Notes under the pieces: model-generated
What the model saw: the letters and a program-made list of their open reading frames with translations, nothing else
Database searches by the model: none
Told to the model about the DNA's origin: nothing
Assembly: GCA_963674705.1 (NCBI GenBank)
Contig: OY771506.1
Location: 1,056,001 to 1,120,000, forward strand
Reading direction: 5' to 3'
From: Phycisphaeraceae bacterium
GTDB taxonomy: Bacteria; Planctomycetota; Phycisphaerae; Phycisphaerales; Phycisphaeraceae
DNA: 64,000 nt
Translations under genes and position numbers: made by a program
Part shown: positions 29,351-39,288 of the stretch, one piece after another
How positions within the stretch are numbered: position 1 is the stretch's first letter
Layout of the letters: every line of letters begins with the position of its first letter

Positions 29351-29841
29351 TTATGCTGCGTCTCCCACGGGAAGCCAACGACTGAATCGTAGTCACGGCG
29401 GTCTTCATCCGGATTGGCCGGATCATACTGGTGTGTCACGTAATACAGCAGGCCGGCCGACTCGGTACCGATCGTCGCCGCGCCGTGCCAAAGCGGCGGC
29501 GGGATCACCATCACGCCGGGGCGTTTCTCGCCAATCACAGCCACCCATGCTTTGTCCGCGTCCTGGTCGTAGACGCCGACCTTGAGGTGCCCGTGCAGAC
29601 AGAGCCAGAAGTCCGTCTGCTTGGCGTGGCGGTGCCAGGCTTTGATGACATTGGGATACATCACGGAATAATTGATCTGCCCGGTCGGCGAAAGCACATC
29701 TTTGTACTGATTCATCAGCGACCAGCCACGATCGTCCGTGAAGATCGGCGAAGGCGAGAAGATCGGTTCGTTCTTGTCCTTGGCAAGTTCGAATGCTTCG
29801 CTGATTGGGCCGTTATGCGTTGTGGGGGAAAGTAGTTTCAC
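29347..29841 (-). CDS. rfbC: dTDP-4-dehydrorhamnose 3,5-epimerase (cupin)
   Basis: DDRGW, IKAWHRH, IPPPLWHG; operon context. Confidence 0.85.
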   Translation of the reverse strand: MKLLSPTTHNGPISEAFELAKDKNEPIFSPSPIFTDDRGWSLMNQYKDVLSPTGQINYSVMYPNVIKAWHRHAKQTDFWLCLHGHLKVGVYDQDADKAWVAVIGEKRPGVMVIPPPLWHGAATIGTESAGLLYYVTHQYDPANPDEDRRDYDSVVGFPWETQHK

Positions 29842-29848
29842 GATGATT

Positions 29849-29876
29849 GGGTCTGGGGTCTAGGGATTCGGGTCTG
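29849..29876. repeat. Degenerate heptamer tandem repeat (GGGTCTG)x4
   Basis: gggtctg gggtcta gggattc gggtctg in the rfbA-rfbC spacer. Confidence 0.7.
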
Positions 29877-29889
29877 GTCAGAATGAGCG

Positions 29890-30624
29890 TCAGGGTTTCT
29901 TGTTTGCGCCACCGGTCCTTACCAGATCGCTGGCGCGGAAGAGGCTTTCGAATGTGCCGGCATCGGTCCACCAGCCTTCGAGTACTTCGCTGGTCAGGTC
30001 GCCGCGTTCACGGTAAGCGTTATTCACATCGGTGATTTCCAGTTCGCCCCGGTCCGACGGTTTGAGTGTCTGGCAAATGTTAAACACATCAAAGTCATAG
30101 AAGTAGATGCCCGTCACAGCGAGGTCGCTCTTGGGCGCTTTCGGCTTCTCAACGATGCGTAATACATTGCCGTCACTATCCAGTTCCGCCACACCGAACC
30201 GCTCGGGATCGTGAACCTGCTTAAGCAGCAGCTTTGCGCCGGTGGGTTGCGCTTCAAAGTCGTTGACAGCTTTGGCGATGGAGCCTTCAATGATGTTGTC
30301 GCCGAGAATGACGCAGACCTTCCCGCCGTCGGCAAACTCTTCGGCGAGTTTCAGCGCGTCAGCGATACCGCCCTCCCCTTCCTGATAGGCGTAGCCCAGA
30401 TAAGACAATCCGAGCTGATGGCCGTTCTTGAGCAGCTTCAGGAAGTCGCCCGCGTGCTCACCACCGGTGACCACCAGCACTTCGGTAATGCCGGCATTGA
30501 CCATGCATTCGATGGGGTAATAGATCATCGGCCGATCGTAGACAGGCAGCAGGTGCTTGTTCGTGACCAGCGTCAGTGGCCGCAACCGGGAACCGAGCCC
30601 GCCAGCGAGGATGATGCCCTTCAT
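29890..30624 (-). CDS. rfbA: Glucose-1-phosphate thymidylyltransferase (short form)
   Basis: LAGGLGSRLRPLT, NKHLLPVYD, LGDN, EKPK, RGELEITD, WTDAGT. Confidence 0.92.
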   Translation of the reverse strand: MKGIILAGGLGSRLRPLTLVTNKHLLPVYDRPMIYYPIECMVNAGITEVLVVTGGEHAGDFLKLLKNGHQLGLSYLGYAYQEGEGGIADALKLAEEFADGGKVCVILGDNIIEGSIAKAVNDFEAQPTGAKLLLKQVHDPERFGVAELDSDGNVLRIVEKPKAPKSDLAVTGIYFYDFDVFNICQTLKPSDRGELEITDVNNAYRERGDLTSEVLEGWWTDAGTFESLFRASDLVRTGGANKKP

Positions 30625-30855
30625 GGATTGTATCCTTGCCCTTTTGATCCCATACGGGTTATCCGGACCCTACATCAGGCCGCAACGTGTTTAGTGCATC
30701 GGCCAATCAGGATCACCAGTCCATCATAATCCATTGCCCGATCCCGTGTGTTGGCATATGATTAACTGTCTATAAACGAACAGATTGTCGTGTGAATGGG
30801 ATTCCAGTCGGCCATCTGGGGATGTCTGGGCCGACCGGAACGATCAGGGTTAGAT

Positions 30856-33246
30856 ATGCAATTACCAAAACCGTCATGGGAGCCACTGAGTTCGATCGCA
30901 TTCGTGGGCAGTTATCGGCCCCGAAGATGTGGTATCGCGACTTTCAGCGGCGACCTGGCGGACGGGATCGCTAAAGCCGCCCCCCATACGGACGTACGGT
31001 CCGTCGCGATGAATGATCGACCAGAGGGATACCGCTACCCGCCACGCGTCTGGTTTGAGGTTAATCAGAATCGCCCGGGTGAGTATCGCCTGGCGGCAGA
31101 CTTCCTGAACATGTCCAAGGTTGATGTCTGCTGCCTCCAGCATGAGTTTGGCCTCTTCGGTGGACCCAGCGGGCAATTCATCCTGGATATGCTCCGCCGG
31201 CTGCGAATGCCGATCGTTGCGACGCTGCACACCGTCCTTAAAGAGCCGAACAAGGACCAGCTCGCGGTCACACGTAAACTCGGCGACCTATGCGACCGCT
31301 TCGTCGTCATGGCAGAACGGGCCTATGACTTCCTGACCAACATCTACGACATCCCCACCAACAAGATCCAGCTGATCCCCCACGGCATCCCGGATGTGCC
31401 GTTTGTCGATCCGAACTACTTCAAAGATCAGTTTGGAGTCGAAGGTAAGAAGGTCATCCTCACATTCGGCCTGTTGGGTCCGAACAAGGGCATCGAGAAC
31501 ATGATCGAGGCGATGCCCCGGATCGTGGACCGCCATCCGGATGCGGTCTACATCGTCCTGGGTGCCACCCACCCGGGCGTGATCGCACACTCCGGTGAAG
31601 ACTACCGCATCGGCCTGAAACGCCGTGTGACCGAATTGGGTATCACCGACCATGTAGAATTCGTCAATAAGTTTGTTGAGTTGGACGAACTGGTCGAATT
31701 CCTGGGTGCCGCGGATGTATATGTCACGCCATACTTAAACGAGGCACAGATTACCTCGGGCACGCTGGCTTACGCGCTGGGAACAGGCAAGGCGACCATC
31801 TCAACGCCTTACTGGCACGCACAGGAGTTGCTCGCTGAAGGCCGAGGCAAACTCGTGCCGTTCGGTGATGTAAAGAGTCTTGCGGCGGCGGTGAATTACA
31901 TGTTCGATCACGAGACCGAACGCCACGCCATGCGCAAGCGCGCTTATCAATACACCCGACCCATGTGCTGGCAGAATGTAGCCGGTCAGTACCTGGACCT
32001 GTTCGCACAGGTTCGCGACGAACGCAACCGCTCGCCGCGACCGATCGAGCAGACGCGCAAGCTGCTGAATGCGCCAAACGAGCTGACGGAAATCAAACTC
32101 GACCACCTGCTGACCCTTACCGACGATGTCGGCATCCTCAGCCACGCCAAGAACACGATCCCCGATCGTCACCACGGCTATTCAACTGAAGTCAATGCGC
32201 GTGCTCTGGTCACTGTACTGCTTGCACAGAACCATGTTGACTTTTCAACCGGCGGGAAGGTCGAACCGCTTCTGTCGCGTTACCTTGCGTTCCTCGAACA
32301 CGCGTTCGATCCGGAGGTCGAACGTTTCCGGTCAATGCTAGGTTACGATCGGAAGTGGGTGCCGGCCGAGTTGTCTGAGGATGTGCACGCCCAAGCGGTT
32401 CTGGCGCTGGGTGAAGCGGTCGCACGGTGTCAGTCACGCGGGCAGATGACACTTGCCGCGGACTTGTTCCATCGTGCGCTTCCTGCCTGTGAAGTTTTTG
32501 AAGACCCATTTGCCTGGTCACATACCTTGATCGGCATCCACGCTTATCTAAGGCGGTACTCCGGCGACAGTCATGCACGTCGCGTTCGTGAAAACCTGGC
32601 GGAGAAGCTGTTTAACCTGTTCAAACAGAACAGCAGCATGGACTGGAACTGGCCTGTCGACCAACTGACATACGCAAATGCGCGCCTGCCGCACGCTTTG
32701 TTGATGTCCGGCCGATGGATGTTCCGTAATGACATGATCGAATCGGCACTGTACAGCCTGCAGTGGCTGCAACACATCCAGGAGGGTGATGATGGGCGTT
32801 TCGCGCCGGTAGGCGATGAAGGCGGTATGTGGCGTGGCGGCGAAAAGGCTCGCTTCAGCCAGAAACCGCTCGAAACCGCGGTCACGATCGAAGCCTACCT
32901 GGAAGCCTACAACGTGACCGGCGATTCGATCTGGACCGATCGTGCAGACCGTTGCTTAAACTGGTTCCTTGGCGAAAACGATCTACACGTGCCTGTGTAT
33001 GACCATCTCAGTGGCGGCTGTCACGACGCGTTAATGTCACAGGGCGTCAATGAGAATCAAGGGGCAGAGGCAACGTTGGCCTGGTTGACCTCACTATTGA
33101 GCTTGTACGACCATGCCGTGCAGAGCCCGGGCGACAGTCTGGCTCAACCACCGTCACATACCGGCGGCAAATCCGAAAGCCTGGACCTGTCCACTCCGCC
33201 CAAGATCCCGGGCATCAAGGACAAACCCGCGAGCGCACCGATGTAA
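30856..33246 (+). CDS. GT4 glycosyltransferase fused to a C-terminal helical (probably alpha/alpha toroid) domain
   Basis: PRRCGIATF, QHEFG, FGLLGPNKGIE, SGTLAYA, STPYWHAQE; C-domain with NENQGAE; ATG 30856. Confidence 0.88.
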   Translation: MQLPKPSWEPLSSIAFVGSYRPRRCGIATFSGDLADGIAKAAPHTDVRSVAMNDRPEGYRYPPRVWFEVNQNRPGEYRLAADFLNMSKVDVCCLQHEFGLFGGPSGQFILDMLRRLRMPIVATLHTVLKEPNKDQLAVTRKLGDLCDRFVVMAERAYDFLTNIYDIPTNKIQLIPHGIPDVPFVDPNYFKDQFGVEGKKVILTFGLLGPNKGIENMIEAMPRIVDRHPDAVYIVLGATHPGVIAHSGEDYRIGLKRRVTELGITDHVEFVNKFVELDELVEFLGAADVYVTPYLNEAQITSGTLAYALGTGKATISTPYWHAQELLAEGRGKLVPFGDVKSLAAAVNYMFDHETERHAMRKRAYQYTRPMCWQNVAGQYLDLFAQVRDERNRSPRPIEQTRKLLNAPNELTEIKLDHLLTLTDDVGILSHAKNTIPDRHHGYSTEVNARALVTVLLAQNHVDFSTGGKVEPLLSRYLAFLEHAFDPEVERFRSMLGYDRKWVPAELSEDVHAQAVLALGEAVARCQSRGQMTLAADLFHRALPACEVFEDPFAWSHTLIGIHAYLRRYSGDSHARRVRENLAEKLFNLFKQNSSMDWNWPVDQLTYANARLPHALLMSGRWMFRNDMIESALYSLQWLQHIQEGDDGRFAPVGDEGGMWRGGEKARFSQKPLETAVTIEAYLEAYNVTGDSIWTDRADRCLNWFLGENDLHVPVYDHLSGGCHDALMSQGVNENQGAEATLAWLTSLLSLYDHAVQSPGDSLAQPPSHTGGKSESLDLSTPPKIPGIKDKPASAPM

Positions 33247-33303
33247 GCACGCCACACACGCTTGTGTTGTTATTCCAAATAAACAACCTCGCGGCGATTC
33301 ACT

Positions 33304-34197
33304 TCAGCCTGCGTTTTCGCCCTTATCCAGCAGTGTGCTCAGACCCGGGCGGAACACGACCTTGTCATCGACAACAAGCAGCTTCTCATCAAGATACATC
33401 TGCACCGCTTCGGAAAGCACACGGCCTTCCAGTTGCTGGCCCTTGCTGCGCACATCCGCGGCGCTATCTTTGCCGACATCAATGTGGAACACGTCCTGCA
33501 ACACGATCGGTCCTTCATCCAGGTCCTCGGTAACAAAGTGTGCGGTGCAACCGGTCACGCGCACGCCCTGTTCCCAGGCCTGATGATAAGGCTTGGCACC
33601 GGGGAAGTAAGGCAGCAACGACGGATGGATGTTTATGATCTTGTGCCTGTAAGCCGTGACCATTTCCGGCGGAACGATCTGCATATACCGAGCCAACACC
33701 ACCAGATCGGGCTTGTACTGACTTAGCTGCTCCATCATCCACTTGAAGTGGGCGGGTTTATCTTTGGCGGCCATGTGGGCGAACGGTAAACCGGCTGCCT
33801 TGGCGATCGGCTCAAGGTCCGGATGGTTTGCCAGCACACAGACCAACTCACCACGGCAGCGCTTGTGCTGGAAGTCCTCGATGATCCGTTCAAGGCAGTG
33901 TGCTTCCTTACTGACGAGTACCGCGACACGCTTGGGCTTGCCTTGATCGTGCAGCGCAACCCTCACACTCATATCGATCTGCTTGCCGAGGTCCAATAGA
34001 CCTGTGATCAATTGGTCCAGGCTGACGCTCAGGTCCGCCAGGTCTACGAGCATATCCATGATGAATCGGCCGCGCGTAACCTGCTGCTCGATATCGAGGA
34101 TGTTCACGCCCAGCTCGGCCAGGTGCGTGGCGAACTTCGCGACCACCGCCTTCTGGTCTTTCCCGACAACGCTGACGACTGCTTTAACTTGTGGCAC
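33304..34197 (-). CDS. purU: Formyltetrahydrofolate deformylase
   Basis: ACT domain, VSKEAHCL, LARYMQI, INIHPSLLP, GCTAHFVTEDLDEGPI; AAGGA RBS before GTG 34197. Confidence 0.93.
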   Translation of the reverse strand: MPQVKAVVSVVGKDQKAVVAKFATHLAELGVNILDIEQQVTRGRFIMDMLVDLADLSVSLDQLITGLLDLGKQIDMSVRVALHDQGKPKRVAVLVSKEAHCLERIIEDFQHKRCRGELVCVLANHPDLEPIAKAAGLPFAHMAAKDKPAHFKWMMEQLSQYKPDLVVLARYMQIVPPEMVTAYRHKIINIHPSLLPYFPGAKPYHQAWEQGVRVTGCTAHFVTEDLDEGPIVLQDVFHIDVGKDSAADVRSKGQQLEGRVLSEAVQMYLDEKLLVVDDKVVFRPGLSTLLDKGENAG

Positions 34198-34207
34198 AGC
34201 TAATTCC

Positions 34208-34900
34208 TTATGGTGTCTGTTCTGGTTCTGTTGATTCAATCCCGAGCGCCTCGTCGAAGGCTTCACTTACTTTCGCCGCAAAGTTCACTTCTTCGACATC
34301 CTCAGGTATGCCATTCTGATCGGCCAGATCGTTGGCGTTATCAATTACTTGCTGTAATTCCTCAACGGTGGGATTCTGCTTGAGTTGCTGCTCATTTGAG
34401 GAGGACTGCTCCATGATCGGTGCAAACATATTATTGGTCTCGTCTGGATCAATCTGACCCTCAAGCAGGCCGTAAGCTACGCGGTTAAGCGCCTTTTTGC
34501 CTTCAGCCTTCTGGTCATCACTCAATTCCGACGCCCCGATCATGCCCGTACCGATGTACTGGGTAATGCCCGCGGTGACCAGCTTTTCGACGTCGAGTTG
34601 CTCCATCGCCTGGCCGATCTCTTCAAGCGTGATGTTGCCGGCGGCGAATTCTTCCTTGACGTAATTGACCTTGTCCTTAATGGTCTGCTTCTGATCATCC
34701 GGCAGTGTGGATTGGTCGACCACCGAATTGACCGTGTAAGCAAACGCTGACGCCCCGAGGGATCGGGCGTTCTTATAGAGATACCAACCCGCTATCGCCA
34801 GGATAATCACCAGAATGATTAAGACGATCCCACAACCGATCGCTATCTTGCCGCAGCCACTTGAAGACTTCTTCGGCGCTTGTACCTGTTCATTCATCAC
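34208..34900 (-). CDS. Hypothetical single-pass membrane protein
   Basis: KKSSSGCGK + GCG + TM, acidic helical ectodomain. Confidence 0.7.
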   Translation of the reverse strand: MMNEQVQAPKKSSSGCGKIAIGCGIVLIILVIILAIAGWYLYKNARSLGASAFAYTVNSVVDQSTLPDDQKQTIKDKVNYVKEEFAAGNITLEEIGQAMEQLDVEKLVTAGITQYIGTGMIGASELSDDQKAEGKKALNRVAYGLLEGQIDPDETNNMFAPIMEQSSSNEQQLKQNPTVEELQQVIDNANDLADQNGIPEDVEEVNFAAKVSEAFDEALGIESTEPEQTP

Positions 34901-35093
34901 AGAACCCTTTCCTTCCGATGCGGTTGTTTGATCTCAGCCCTTAATCCGCCGTAAGCTGAGTATTAAACCCGATTTTGCCACAAGTTGGTAGTCGATGTGG
35001 GCAATTCGCCCGGCAAGGTCCACCCCTATTGGCTACAATAGATCGTTCCCACGAAAGTGTGTTCCAGCAATCATTTAATGAGGATTTAACGCG

Positions 35094-36527
35094 ATGCCCG
35101 AGGGTTCGAGTTTCGATCTGATAGTCATTGGCGGTGGTCCGGGCGGGTACGTCGGGGCGATCCGTGCCGCACAGCTAGGCATGAACGTGGCTTGTATTGA
35201 GCGGGATAAGCTCGGTGGGGTCTGCCTGAACTATGGCTGCATCCCGACCAAGGCCCTGCTCGCCGGAGCGGAGTTTTACCACCGCGTGACCCACGAGGCC
35301 GCCGAATGGGGGGTCTCCGTTGAAAATGTCAGCTACAACTGGCAAAAAGTAATCGAACGCTCCCGTGGTGTTGCCGCCCAGCTCAATCGGGGTGTGCACG
35401 GCCTGTTCAGAAAGAACAAGGTCACCCACATCGAGGGACACGCCTTCATCAACGCGCCGGGCACCGTTCAGATCTTCGATAAAGACGATATCGAACACAA
35501 AGGCACGCCCACACAAACCCTCACAGCCAAATACATCATGATCGCCACCGGCGCCTTTCCGCGCGAGCTGCCGGGCGCACCGTTCGATGGCGAATACATC
35601 ATCTCCTCTAAGAAAGCCATGACCATCCAGGAGCAGCCCAAGAGTCTGCTGATCGTCGGCTCCGGCGCGATCGGGATGGAGTTCGGCTACTTCTACAACG
35701 CGTTCGGCACCGATGTGACAATCGTGGAGATGGTCGATCGGCTGATGCCTATTGAGGACGGCGAAATATCTAAGGAAATCGAACGGGCCTTCAAGAAACA
35801 AGGCATCAAAACACTGACGGGTCATAAGACATTGTCCCTGGAGAAAACCGGCAACGGCATCAAGGCGGTCGTCGCGCCGACCTCTGATGAATCCAAAACA
35901 CAAACAATCGAAGCAGACAAGGCGATTGTCGCGATCGGCGTCAAAGGCCGGTTTGATGGCTTGTTCGATGATTCACTCGGCCTTGAGATTTACAAAGAAC
36001 ATATCCAGGTCGATAAGAAAAACTACATGACGAACATCCCGGGAATCTACGCCGTGGGTGATGTGATTGGCCCGCCGTGGCTTGCACATGTGGCATCGGA
36101 AGAGGCTGTGGTCTGCGTCGAATTACTGGCCGGTCATCACGCCACACCGATCGACTACGAATCCGTGCCCGGCTGCACGTACTGCCACCCACAGGTCGCC
36201 TCCATCGGCCTGACTGAAGAAGCATGTAAAGCCAAGGGTCTTGACTATACCGCAGGCAAGTTCCCCTTCTCCGCTTCGGGTAAAGCCCAGGCACTCGGCC
36301 AGACACAAGGTTTCACGAAGATCATCATCGACAAGAAGCACGGCGAACTGCTCGGCGCACACATGATCGGTGAAAACGTCACCGAACTGATCGCCGAAAT
36401 GGGCCTGGCACGAAGGCTCGAAGCTACCGGCGCTGAAATATCCGCAACCATGCACGCTCATCCAACACTCAGCGAAGCCGTAATGGAAGCAGCGCTCGGG
36501 GCGGAAGGTCGTATGATCCACTTTTAA
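35094..36527 (+). CDS. lpdA: Dihydrolipoyl dehydrogenase
   Basis: GGGPGGY, GGVCLNYGCIPTK, GSGAIG, HAHPTLSE. Confidence 0.96.
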   Translation: MPEGSSFDLIVIGGGPGGYVGAIRAAQLGMNVACIERDKLGGVCLNYGCIPTKALLAGAEFYHRVTHEAAEWGVSVENVSYNWQKVIERSRGVAAQLNRGVHGLFRKNKVTHIEGHAFINAPGTVQIFDKDDIEHKGTPTQTLTAKYIMIATGAFPRELPGAPFDGEYIISSKKAMTIQEQPKSLLIVGSGAIGMEFGYFYNAFGTDVTIVEMVDRLMPIEDGEISKEIERAFKKQGIKTLTGHKTLSLEKTGNGIKAVVAPTSDESKTQTIEADKAIVAIGVKGRFDGLFDDSLGLEIYKEHIQVDKKNYMTNIPGIYAVGDVIGPPWLAHVASEEAVVCVELLAGHHATPIDYESVPGCTYCHPQVASIGLTEEACKAKGLDYTAGKFPFSASGKAQALGQTQGFTKIIIDKKHGELLGAHMIGENVTELIAEMGLARRLEATGAEISATMHAHPTLSEAVMEAALGAEGRMIHF

Positions 36528-36541
36528 ATTGCGAGGCTGAT

Positions 36542-37789
36542 GTGCCAGTAACCATCCGCGATGTTCAGGTGTTTCTCACCGCGCCAGCGGGGCGCAATCT
36601 GGTTGTCGTGAAGGTACTGACCGATGAGCCGGAGCTTTACGGCCTGGGTTGCGGCACGTTTACGCAGCGCTACCTGCCGGTGCGCTCGGCGGTAGCAGAT
36701 TATCTCAAGCCGCTGTTGATCGGTCGTGACGCATCACGGATTGAAGAGATGCATCGTTTGATGAGTGTTAACAGTTACTGGCGCGGCGGGCCGGTGTTGA
36801 ATAATGCGATCTCCGGCGTGGACATGGCGCTGTGGGATATCAAGGGCAAGCTCGCCAACATGCCGCTCTATGACCTGCTCGGTGGGAAGTGTCGCGAAGC
36901 AGCGGCGGTATATCAGCACGCCGATGGATGCGACCTGGATGAACTGCAAGATCACGTTCAACAGCAGCTCGATCAGGGTATGACACATGTGCGTATCCGC
37001 TTTGGTGGCGGCGCAAGCCAGACCCGCGCCAGCGGTGAAGCGGGCGGTAACGCTTACGGCGGTCCGGGGCTTGGCGCGCAACAGCCGCCGGATGGTGCAC
37101 TTGGTGGCGCCTATTACGATCCGCAGACCTACATGCGCTCAACACTCGAAGCTTTCGCGCACATCCGCAATCACTTCGGTGACGACATCGAACTGTTGCA
37201 TGATGTGCATGAAAGACTCACTCCCGCACAAGCGATCCAATTTGCACGAGACATGGAGCCGTTCCGCCTGTTCTTCCTGGAAGACCCGATCGCGCCGGAG
37301 GACCTGGGCTGGTACGAGCGATTACGTTCGGCAACAAGCACACCGATCGCAGCCAGCGAACTGTTCGCGGGTGTGAATGAATGGTTGCCACTGGTATCCA
37401 ATCACCTGATCGATTTTGTGCGCATGCATATCAGCGATCTTGGCGGACTGACGCCTGCGAAGAAAGTCGCGACGGTTGCCGAAACCTTCGGCGTACGCAC
37501 CGCCTGGCATGGCCCGGGTGACTGCTCGCCGATCGGCCACGCGGTCAACCTGCACCTGAACCTCGCGTGCATGAACTTCGGTATCCACGAATTGATGCCG
37601 TTCGACGAGCTGACACAAGAAGTCTTCCCCGGTTGCCCAGAATTCCGTAAGGGTTATCTTTATCCAAACGACCGCCCGGGTCATGGTGTCGACTTCAATG
37701 AAGATGAGGCTGCGAAGTACCCTTGCGACCCGAAGACAATCGAGTGGACGCAGGCACGGCTGCCCGATGGCTCGCTCGCTCGACCATAA
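36542..37789 (+). CDS. Enolase-superfamily acid-sugar dehydratase (RspA/ManD mannonate dehydratase-like)
   Basis: GRNLVVVK, YWRGGPV, DMALWDIKGK, HDVHER, LEDP, SELF, AWHGP. Confidence 0.9.
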   Translation: MPVTIRDVQVFLTAPAGRNLVVVKVLTDEPELYGLGCGTFTQRYLPVRSAVADYLKPLLIGRDASRIEEMHRLMSVNSYWRGGPVLNNAISGVDMALWDIKGKLANMPLYDLLGGKCREAAAVYQHADGCDLDELQDHVQQQLDQGMTHVRIRFGGGASQTRASGEAGGNAYGGPGLGAQQPPDGALGGAYYDPQTYMRSTLEAFAHIRNHFGDDIELLHDVHERLTPAQAIQFARDMEPFRLFFLEDPIAPEDLGWYERLRSATSTPIAASELFAGVNEWLPLVSNHLIDFVRMHISDLGGLTPAKKVATVAETFGVRTAWHGPGDCSPIGHAVNLHLNLACMNFGIHELMPFDELTQEVFPGCPEFRKGYLYPNDRPGHGVDFNEDEAAKYPCDPKTIEWTQARLPDGSLARP

Positions 37790-37860
37790 ATGAATTATCT
37801 TGAATCAACAGCAACATTACTAACACACGCATCTCAACAAATAAAAACGGAGAATTCATA

Positions 37861-38442
37861 ATGGCGCTCACTCCCTCCACCATGCTTAAACTTGGCACGC
37901 AAGCACCTGACTTCACGCTACCGGATTGCGAGGGCAACACGGTTTCACTTAGTGACTTCAAAGACGCCAAGGCATTGCTGGTCATGTTTATCTGCAACCA
38001 CTGTCCGTTCGTCGTGCATGTCGCGGACGAATTAGCGAAGCTCGGAAAAGACTATCAGGGTAAAGGCGTCGCGATCGTGGCGATTGGCCCGAATAATATC
38101 GAAACACACCCACAGGACGGCCCGGACAAGATGAAGGAGGAGAAAGCCAAACGCGGGTACACGTTCCCGTACCTGTATGACGAAACACAAGCCGTCGCCA
38201 AGGCATACAGTGCCGCCTGCACGCCGGACTTTTTCCTTTTTGATGGCGATCAGAAACTGGTTTACCGCGGCCAACTCGACGACAGCCGACCCAACTCCGG
38301 TATCCCGGTAACCGGTCAAGACCTGCGTGCGGCGCTGGATGCGGTGCTCGCCGGCAAGGCCGCGCCTGAAGATCAGAAACCCTCAATGGGCTGTAACATC
38401 AAATGGAAACCGGGCAATGAGCCGGCATACTTTGGTGGTTAA
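37861..38442 (+). CDS. AhpC/TSA-like thioredoxin family protein
   Basis: FICNHCPFV, FPYLYDETQ, AACTPDFF, YRGQLDD, GCNIKW. Confidence 0.92.
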   Translation: MALTPSTMLKLGTQAPDFTLPDCEGNTVSLSDFKDAKALLVMFICNHCPFVVHVADELAKLGKDYQGKGVAIVAIGPNNIETHPQDGPDKMKEEKAKRGYTFPYLYDETQAVAKAYSAACTPDFFLFDGDQKLVYRGQLDDSRPNSGIPVTGQDLRAALDAVLAGKAAPEDQKPSMGCNIKWKPGNEPAYFGG

Positions 38443-38454
38443 TCAGCTCAAACA

Positions 38455-39255
38455 CTACTTCACCGGCATATTATTCTCGCGATAGAATTTTATCGCGTGA
38501 TGTAATGTATCCGCGTTAAATGCCTTGCCAATCGCTTTGGTGTCTGGGTCTGCTTTCAACCTCTGAAGGACCTCTCGTAATTCTTCGACATCAGGATTGA
38601 GAGGCGAGAGCCTCTTGATAACTTCACTTTTGAAGCGGCTCCGGATGAATCGTGATGTATCTCCGAAAACACACATCACGAAAGCAAAAAGAAGAATGAT
38701 GAATATCCCGATAGATATTTTCACGGCAAGGTCGTCGTTCATCCATAAGACAGACACATTGGTGCAGATGAAGTAAATCACTATCGGCACCATGACCATG
38801 GCAATCAGACAAAGACTCGAGAGCCAATCTAAATTGATTTGCTCCTTCCGCTTGGCGACGGGGCTTGCAATACTACAAAAAGCATGAAAGAGTAAGTCCC
38901 TTCGTTCATCTTCACTCACTTGACCATGTACTGCTTGTTCTCGTAGATCAAGCAGCTTTGCCATACGTTCGATGAGCGAAGGATTGGTTACATCCGTTAA
39001 TTCTTCCCGGCTTGCGAGCTTTTTCTTACTGATGTGTGCATACTGCTGTGGGGCAGTGGTGAACTTATTGTTACAATGCATGCATTGTTTGACATACCCA
39101 GCGGATTTACCCCTGCCTAACGGTATGTAATAGATATGCTCAACCATGCGCACTTCCATCAGGCGATGGACATGTGCATCGTCACATACCGGGCAATAAT
39201 CTGATACCCATCCAAGTTTCTTTTCGACCCGCTTGGTTCCCCAGACAATAAACAC
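38455..39255 (-). CDS. Zinc-ribbon membrane protein
   Basis: MFIVWG, CPVC...HIYYIPL...CMHC, two TMs. Confidence 0.7.
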   Translation of the reverse strand: MFIVWGTKRVEKKLGWVSDYCPVCDDAHVHRLMEVRMVEHIYYIPLGRGKSAGYVKQCMHCNNKFTTAPQQYAHISKKKLASREELTDVTNPSLIERMAKLLDLREQAVHGQVSEDERRDLLFHAFCSIASPVAKRKEQINLDWLSSLCLIAMVMVPIVIYFICTNVSVLWMNDDLAVKISIGIFIILLFAFVMCVFGDTSRFIRSRFKSEVIKRLSPLNPDVEELREVLQRLKADPDTKAIGKAFNADTLHHAIKFYRENNMPVK

Positions 39256-39288
39256 GCAGTAGCTCCGATCTGAATACTTGGGTATAGA

